In this document: piece by piece, positions 56,730 to 64,000 of the stretch
How positions within the stretch are numbered: position 1 is the first letter of the stretch
How the letters are laid out: each line of letters opens with the position of its first letter
From: the human T2T-CHM13v2.0 reference genome, Homo sapiens
NCBI RefSeq assembly: GCF_009914755.1
Contig: NC_060935.1
DNA length: 64,000 nucleotides
Strand: one strand, 5' to 3'
Program-made: the position numbers and the translations under genes
Notes under the pieces: model-generated
Databases searched by the model: none
Told to the model about the DNA's origin: nothing
Seen by the model: only the letters and a program-made list of their open reading frames with translations

Positions 56730-57988
56730 TTTTTTTTTAATTATTCTAATTGGCAAAATACACAACCTATTCTACGTTGGTAGAGTGGGCTCTTTTTAAA
56801 ATTTCTAAGTGATTTGTGCCTCAGAAAATTATGTTTGCTTTGAGACAGTTGAAATGAGTTCCTAGTTTTAGACTATTTTTTTAAAACAGCACCAACTATG
56901 TAAACCCCTTTTCATATTTAATCATTGTATGATCTCTACTCAGTTCCATGGTCTGATGGATATAAAGCAGCAAGTCTGGTAATCATTAGAAAAGAGCATT
57001 CGTGAGATTTTAAAACACATAAGACTGAGGATGTCTGCCATATATATGTGTACATGTGTATGCTGTTTGGGTTTTTCTCCCCCTTTTTTCTTTCATTGTT
57101 AGTATTTATTACTAGTGGTTGAATTTATTTCATACTGAGCCACTCTTTGGCCAGGAAAATCTCAGTAATCTGTTACTAACCAGCAAAGTATATTTAATTA
57201 TTATCTCAAAGATGCAGGAGAAATTTAAATCACATTTCACAGATATTGAAAAGGCCATAGCTTTGGATTTGTCTTCCCGTTTAGTTGCCTTTTATAGGAA
57301 CAAACCTAAATTTGTCATTCAAATTTTGCCATCCTTTAAACCTCTTTAGCTGTCAGGCTTTGTTAATAACCCAGTCAGGTCACAAATATACAGTGAGATG
57401 ATTATGGAAAATAATAAGCACAATTTGCCTAAGTACATTTCAGGAAAAAGAGCTAGAGGTCCGTAGCAGCTGAGCGGATACTGCTGTCAAGCAAGTTTTC
57501 TGATTCCTGCTGCACCTCTGTAATAATAAAGCCCTATTTCACTTGATGATGAGAAATACAGCTAGAGAAAAACCTAATATGAACAAATTAATAATCAATT
57601 CACCACCCCTCTCACAGTACACTGGCTAAAAGCCATAAATGTTGAAAGTTGGGAGAGACTGAGTAAGATCCTGGAAACCATGTTATTACCTGCAAAGTGG
57701 CCACTGAGGTGAGTGCACCAGGTGACTTTCATTTGGTGGCATAAAGCAAGAGGAAACAATATGTAACAAAAATACATAATATCATCATGTGCTTTTCACT
57801 TTCCCCTTGATCATGCATTGGCCATATTTACTTACGGGTAAGTAGATATGTTCAAATTAAAGTGCCTATCTTAATTCCATACCCTTGAGGCAGGATCTGC
57901 AATCAGAGTATTAGGAAACTTTATTACTGAGATCCATCCACAAGTCTCTGCTCATAACATTGTTTGATAGAGGGACTTCAGCGGGATT

Positions 57989-58576
57989 TTTTAAACTTTG
58001 GTTTGAATATCATACTTGCTACCTCTACCAATGCAAAGGACATTTCCTAGTGCTTGATCTTTTTCCTTCTATCTAGGACCTATGAGGTATTACTAGACTC
58101 AAATCTTGATCAATTATGGAATAACTAGGATCTTGAGTTCTCATTTCAAGATACTGTCCTTGTAATTCACTTAATTTGAGGAGAAAAAAAGACAAAATAG
58201 CCTTTATAACTTCATTAGCCTCAGCCTTGCTCTATATCCTTGCTCTAGGGAAAAAGACAAGCCTGATAAGCCCAAAAAGTGCTGGGCATAATTAAGGATT
58301 GGTTTCTGCTCTCAAGGAGCTAGGAGAGTCTTGTTAAAGAGTTGTGTAATGTACAAGGTCTGTTGGTTTAAATATTATATTTACTACCTATACCAGTGGT
58401 AAGTTTAAATATCATACTTACTACCTAAACCAAGTCTAGTTTGCTAGTAAGTTTTAAATACCAATACCATATTTTAAACTTTGGTTTAAATATCATACTT
58501 ACTACCTATACCAATGCAAAGGACATTTGGTTGGCCTAAATATCATACTTACTACGTAAACCAAGTCTGTTGGTTT
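57989..58576. repeat. Complex local repeat: five copies of aatatcatacttactacc-type motif
   Basis: One copy at 57989-58045, four packed into 58358-58576. Confidence 0.9.
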
Positions 58577-61428
58577 TCCTACTCGATCACTTTCCTGTGT
58601 GTCAGCAGGTGACCACTTGTAGCAGGAAAAAGGAGAGGCAGATGGTAAACACTAAGGGTTGTGGGTAGCTAGGAAATCTAAGCCCCCTCCGACTGTTTGT
58701 ATGCTTGTTCTGAGTTTAAGAATTGAGTGAAGCAGACTCACTGTAAGAGTGTGTGATTGAATCAGAAAGATATGTTGTATTTTACTCACTGACCGTAAGA
58801 ACTTTGTAACATCTGCCTTTTGCAGAATCCGTGGAAATTGTACCAAATCTTGGTACCAAATGATGATGCTATTGCGGGTAGTTAATTTTCTTGACTACAT
58901 ACATCCTGCTTTGCTAGTTTGATGAGTTAGCACTCATTGCTTTCTGCAGCTCTATCCCATAACTCTCCAGCTCTTTCCCACAACACATACACATAAAAGT
59001 ACCAATTTTACCCATCTTTCAAGACCCACTTCCACCATATGCCTTACTTGATCTTCTAATTATAAGTAATGTGTAATCAGACAATTTAACTGTGCCTCTC
59101 CTTTGGCTCCTGTGACTTGCCATGGTAGTTATCTGTGTACATCATACAACTCTCTAACAAGACTCCTAGCTCCTTGAGTACAGAAACCAATCCTTTTTTC
59201 ATCTGCATACCCCAGCTCACCAAGCATTCCATACCCTCCCCCCAACATTTAGCACATAGAATATTCTTTAATGGCAAAGTAGCTGATGATATTTCAAGTC
59301 TGAACTACTCAGATAACTAAGTATTAAATGTAATAATGAGTAATTAACTTGTATCCACCCAAAGTTTGCCCAGAGTGCTTTCTAGGAAACCCCCCTCAAT
59401 ATACATAAGTAGATACAAATCTCCTTTTAAGGTCTACAGTTCCCACTGTAAGAGGGGGAAGAAAAATGGAATTGTATTGTCTTACTGGTCCAGTAGGAGC
59501 TAACATGTCTGACAAGTGGCCTGTATTGTCCCACCTTCAGTCCCTCCTGTTTTTAATGAAAGTTATAAACTAGTGTCTCTCTCGACCCTCATTGAAAACT
59601 AACACCTATGAGTCAGTCTCAGGAAGTCTGTTGAATTTGTTTCCCCAGTATTCTTGCTTAAAGAAAAGTTCCCTAGGCTGAAGTAAGCCAGAGATTTAAA
59701 TTAAAAAAAAAATAGCTATGTCAGTTAATTTTCTTTTTCAATATAATTTCTGCATGGAAAAGTCTCATAGTAAACTTATAATGAATTTTAAATTTGCTTT
59801 AGATATGTAATCTGATCATTTACCTTTCTAGAAGCATTTATAACTGCTGAAAGCCTGGATTCTTCATTAAAATAGTTTCTAACACAGCCTACATGTCATG
59901 GTATCTGTGTCTCAACTGGTGCTGACTTTGCTTTCCGTGCTGTAGTCATTTAAGAGAAGGCCACATGGCAAGACCAAGAGGCCAGATTTATAGCCAGTTC
60001 TCCTTTCTCTACTCTAAAAGGCAGCAGGGCATATGGGATGCAGGGGCATATAGGTCTGCAGAAACCAATTCAGCTCTAAATTCTTGGGCAAAGCAAGTTT
60101 CAGGTGTGACCATGTGTGAACAGAGTATTTCCCAGGACAGAATTTAACTCCAGAATATGTAGTAAAAGGAAAACACACACACATACACATTCATATTTGG
60201 GAATCACATACTTTTCTTTCTTTCCTTCTTTTTTCCTGTAAACTCTTCTGACTTAATCACCTCACCAGGAGAGAGTGCTGATTTCTGGTCTTTACTATGG
60301 TCTGTTTTCTCTTTGCCATTGTACTTTTGAGGTCAGTCAGCACATAACCATTATTTTAAAACCTTCTGCAAAGAATTTCATTCAGCAGTAATTACTGAAT
60401 GAGAACAAGTCTAAGGAGCCATTATTTCTGTTCAAATAATTTCTTTTTTCTTTCCCAAATAGAGGATAGAACAGGGCAGAGGAGGTGAGGCATCTTCATT
60501 TGTCTCAGGTACAGTCATCAGCAACCTAGGTTTCACCCAGATTCAGGTTCTGTATGCTTATATTAGCAGTGGTTTCATTAACGACGTTTCCCAAGAATCC
60601 TCTGACAGTAGGACAGTAGTTTGTTTCTCCATTTCAGAGTAAAAAATCCTAGACACAGAAATGTAAATTGATTTGCCCAAGTTTGTACAGTAAGGCTGCA
60701 GCCAAGGCAGGATTTGAATTTATACCATGGAAGTGTTCCTCTTGGTAAAAGGTCTGTTAGACTCTGTTACAACCTCTGGAGGTGAAAATCATAAAGGTAT
60801 CTATTCCCAGTAAGGTCTCCTTTTCCCTCAGCTATACCTGTTACTCTGTGTGGTGCCAAAGTCCCACATGTCACCTGTAGTAAAAGCTTCCTGGTAATAT
60901 TTTTAAGTAATTTTGTATAACAGTGGTGAGCAACTGAAAGATATATTTTTGTTCACTTCATGGTATTTTACTACCTCTTCTAAAAGACAGATTATATTTT
61001 ACTAGAGATAAATATGAAATAGTGTTATTAGGTAGCTTAAATTATAATAAAAGGAAACAGTCACCATGTGTTTCTGAGCTACCTATTTCCAAAAGAAATC
61101 ATTTTTAAAACTGCATAATTTTGAGTGCAGTTGGGTAGAAAGGTAAGGAGAAAATACTATAGAAAAAGTCACTCATATCTGTTAAAAGGATGATGATGTC
61201 TGTATTTTCCACATAGGTACTTTAATTGAATATATCGGAATGCTTCCTGTAGGGTAACCTTTCTGAAAGGCAGAAGAAAGTAGACTGTAGAGTATAATAT
61301 AAGTCTGTTGGAGCAGGGATGGTAGGAAAACCGTTAGAATATTCCACTGTTTCACAAAGACTACTTTTCTAACATCTTTGCCTTAAATTTTGAATTATAG
61401 CTCCTATTACAAATCAGTTTATTATTTA

Positions 61429-61904
<476 letters not shown>

Positions 61905-62101
61905 CTATTTTCATATTGTAAGGCAGTCTGTCTATTAAAATGTCCTTTAGAGAGCACAGAGCCTACTGTGAGACTAATTTCTAAGTGTACTAAATATTTT
62001 GGGGCTTAGATATGCTAAGGAGTTTGATCTGAATTAATCGCTGCTTTCTTCTAAAAGATTGGTAGAAATGGACTCTATACTGCCCCCAGCATCCCCTACA
62101 T

Positions 62102-62107
<6 letters not shown>

Positions 62108-62138
<31 letters not shown>
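62108..62138. repeat. (CA)n microsatellite
   Basis: Directly visible. Confidence 0.9.
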
Positions 62139-62140
<2 letters not shown>

Positions 62141-62172
62141 GTTGAAATTATGCAGATACATTGATAACTTCT

Positions 62173-62871
62173 TTTTTTAATTATTATTATTATACTTGAA
62201 GTTCTGGGATACATGTGCAGAACATGCAGGTTTGTTACATAGGTATACATGTGCAACGGTGGTTTGCTGCACTCATCAACCCGTCATCTACATTAGGTAT
62301 TTCTCCTAATGCTGTCTCTCCCCTAGCCACCACCCCCTGATGTGTGATGTTCCCCTCCTGTGTCCATGTGTTCTCATTGTTCAGCTCCCACTTATGAGTG
62401 AGAACATGTGGTGTTTGGTTTTGTTTCTGTGTTAGTTTGTTGAGAATGATGGTTTCCAGCTTCATCCATGTCCCTGCAAAGGTTATGAACTCATCCTTTT
62501 TTATGGCTGCATAGTATTCCATGGTGTATATGTGCCACATTTTCTTAATCCAGTCTATCATTGATGGGCATTTGGGTTGGTTCCATGTCTTTGCTGTTGT
62601 GAATAGTACTGCAGTAAACATACGTGTGCATGTGTCTTTATAGTAGAATGATTTATAATCCTTTGGTTATATACCCAGTAATGGGATTGCTGGGTCAAAT
62701 GATATTTCTAGTTCTAGATCCTTGAGGAATCACCGCATTGTCTTCCACAGTGGATGAACTAATTTACGCTCCCACCAACAGTGTAAAAGCGTTCCTATTT
62801 CTCCACATCCTCTCCAGCATCTGTTGTTTCCTGACTTTTTAATGATTGCCATTCTAACTGGCGTGAGATGG
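62173..62871 (-). mobile_element. 5'-truncated L1PA element (end of ORF2 and 3' UTR)
   Basis: Minus ORF MFTAVLFTTAKTWNQPKCPSMIDWIKKMWHIYTMEYYAAIKKDEF; 11-bp TSD tgataacttct at 62162-62172 and 62878-62888. Confidence 0.95.
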
Positions 62872-63112
62872 ATACCCTGATAACTTCTAATAGCAGGTTA
62901 ATTGTTCATACTAGAGATTCTGAGTTGGCTATAACTAAAAGGCCTTATTTTAAAAAGATTACATTGGGATAACTTACTATTCCAGTGCAGCTTTTCAGGG
63001 AGTCAGGGCTAATAATAATAGCATCTTACCATGTGCTACGCAATGGTCTAGCTCTTTGCATGTAATTCTCAACAACCTAATGAAATGGATATTATTATTA
63101 AGCTCAATTTGC

Positions 63113-63232
63113 AGCCAGTGCAGTGGCACACGCCAGGAGGCTGAAGTAAGAGGATCACTTGAGCCCAGCAGTTCAAGTCCAGCCTGGGCAACATAGTGAG
63201 ACCCCCATCTCTTAAAAGACAAAAACAAAAAA
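63113..63232 (+). mobile_element. FLAM Alu monomer followed by a MIR remnant
   Basis: Left-type arm with A-tail, then tgtagatgaggaaaac. Confidence 0.7.
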
Positions 63233-64000
63233 CTCACTTTGTAGATGAGGAAAACGATTCACAAAAAGGTAAAGTAACTTGTCTTGCGCCAGGCTGTACC
63301 CATAACCACTGCTCTAATGCTCTTACAAAGTTTTGATGCCTCTCAATTCATTTGTGGCATTTCTTTATTATAACTAACCAAAAAGCATCCTAAGTTACCC
63401 AACCAGGAATCTCTACCAATATATGAGATTTAGAAGGTAAGAATTCTTTTTAACAAATAAGTGGTTACCCAACTCTAATTAGAAAGTGGAAAATACTCTT
63501 CTAGCAATTTGTAAACAATTAAGATGAGAAGATAGGAGATCCTGAGAACTTAGAATACTTTGAAAAACTGTTTAGCCACATGATAAATTGTGACTTTACC
63601 CGTCAGGAGACTTTACTTTGACAAGGTATATTAAATATGTAGTTGTTTTTGCAAACACCCTTGTAGGATAGGTTAGTATTAATTACCCTATTTATGCAGG
63701 AGATATCTAAGCATAGAAAAGAATGTTAATATACTAGGATCTCATAGTAGTTCCAGAATCAGAAATACCCTTTTTGGAGTTTTATACTTAGTTGATAGTC
63801 TTGTAGTCTCTTACTTCTAAGAAAAACCGAACTGCCAGGATTTGAATTAGATGCTAAATGCTTTGCAAGCAAGTAACAGCATTAAACACAGAAAAGTGTT
63901 TTCCATTTTCACCTGGGACCTCGTTACCTAAAGCATTTTGTTTAAATAGTGTTGTTCCTTTAAAGAAAACTCATACCTCTCAAGGTTAGTGTAAGTCATA

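Noticed and set aside
58383-58508. Three ACTACCTA octamers (miR-196-type seed match) and minus-strand resemblance to let-7/miR-98 (aggtagtaagt)
   Set aside because: All come from one duplicated motif deep in an intron; no hairpin precursor and no evidence the region is in a mature transcript.
58358-58576. Repeat-spacer look of the motif cluster (CRISPR-like)
   Set aside because: Primate intron, no cas genes, irregular periods, and the 'spacers' are themselves copies of neighbouring sequence.
60440-60514. Pyrimidine tract and TAG at 60462 followed by GAG|gtgagg or CAG|gtacag (22- or 46-nt exon)
   Set aside because: Very short, frame-breaking, with competing AGs; such matches are expected by chance in a long intron.

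Overview
AT-rich, Alu/L1/L2-dense primate (most likely human) genomic DNA from inside the TTC17 gene, + strand. Fifteen coding exons (10647-46174) can be spliced by hand into one uninterrupted frame of 2092 nt (697 codons + 1 nt), from VDSPMNLKHPHDLVILMRQ to MQFYPFLYNITSSVCS-G. This matches my recollection of TTC17 exons 2-16; the gene name and exon numbering come from recall, not from a search. The first exon and the C-terminal exons lie outside the window. The rest is intronic transposon relics (about 30 Alu/FLAM, L1, L2, MIR, MER21, MLT1, Tigger3/4, MER1, MER5) and microsatellites; repeat subfamily names are by eye. I see no prokaryote-type system and nothing that is demonstrably a new biological system. 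The most notable signals are: (1) two intron positions and phases conserved between the two copies of an internal protein repeat; (2) unusual splice signals (a GC-AG intron, an AAG acceptor with an out-of-frame competitor, a (UG)23 between branch point and acceptor, and a weak GTCTTT donor followed by an Alu-derived poly(A) signal array); (3) candidate poison exons; (4) a stop-free 732-nt exon 11-15 block flanked by inverted Alus; and (5) a patchwork templated-insertion scar at 58358-58576.
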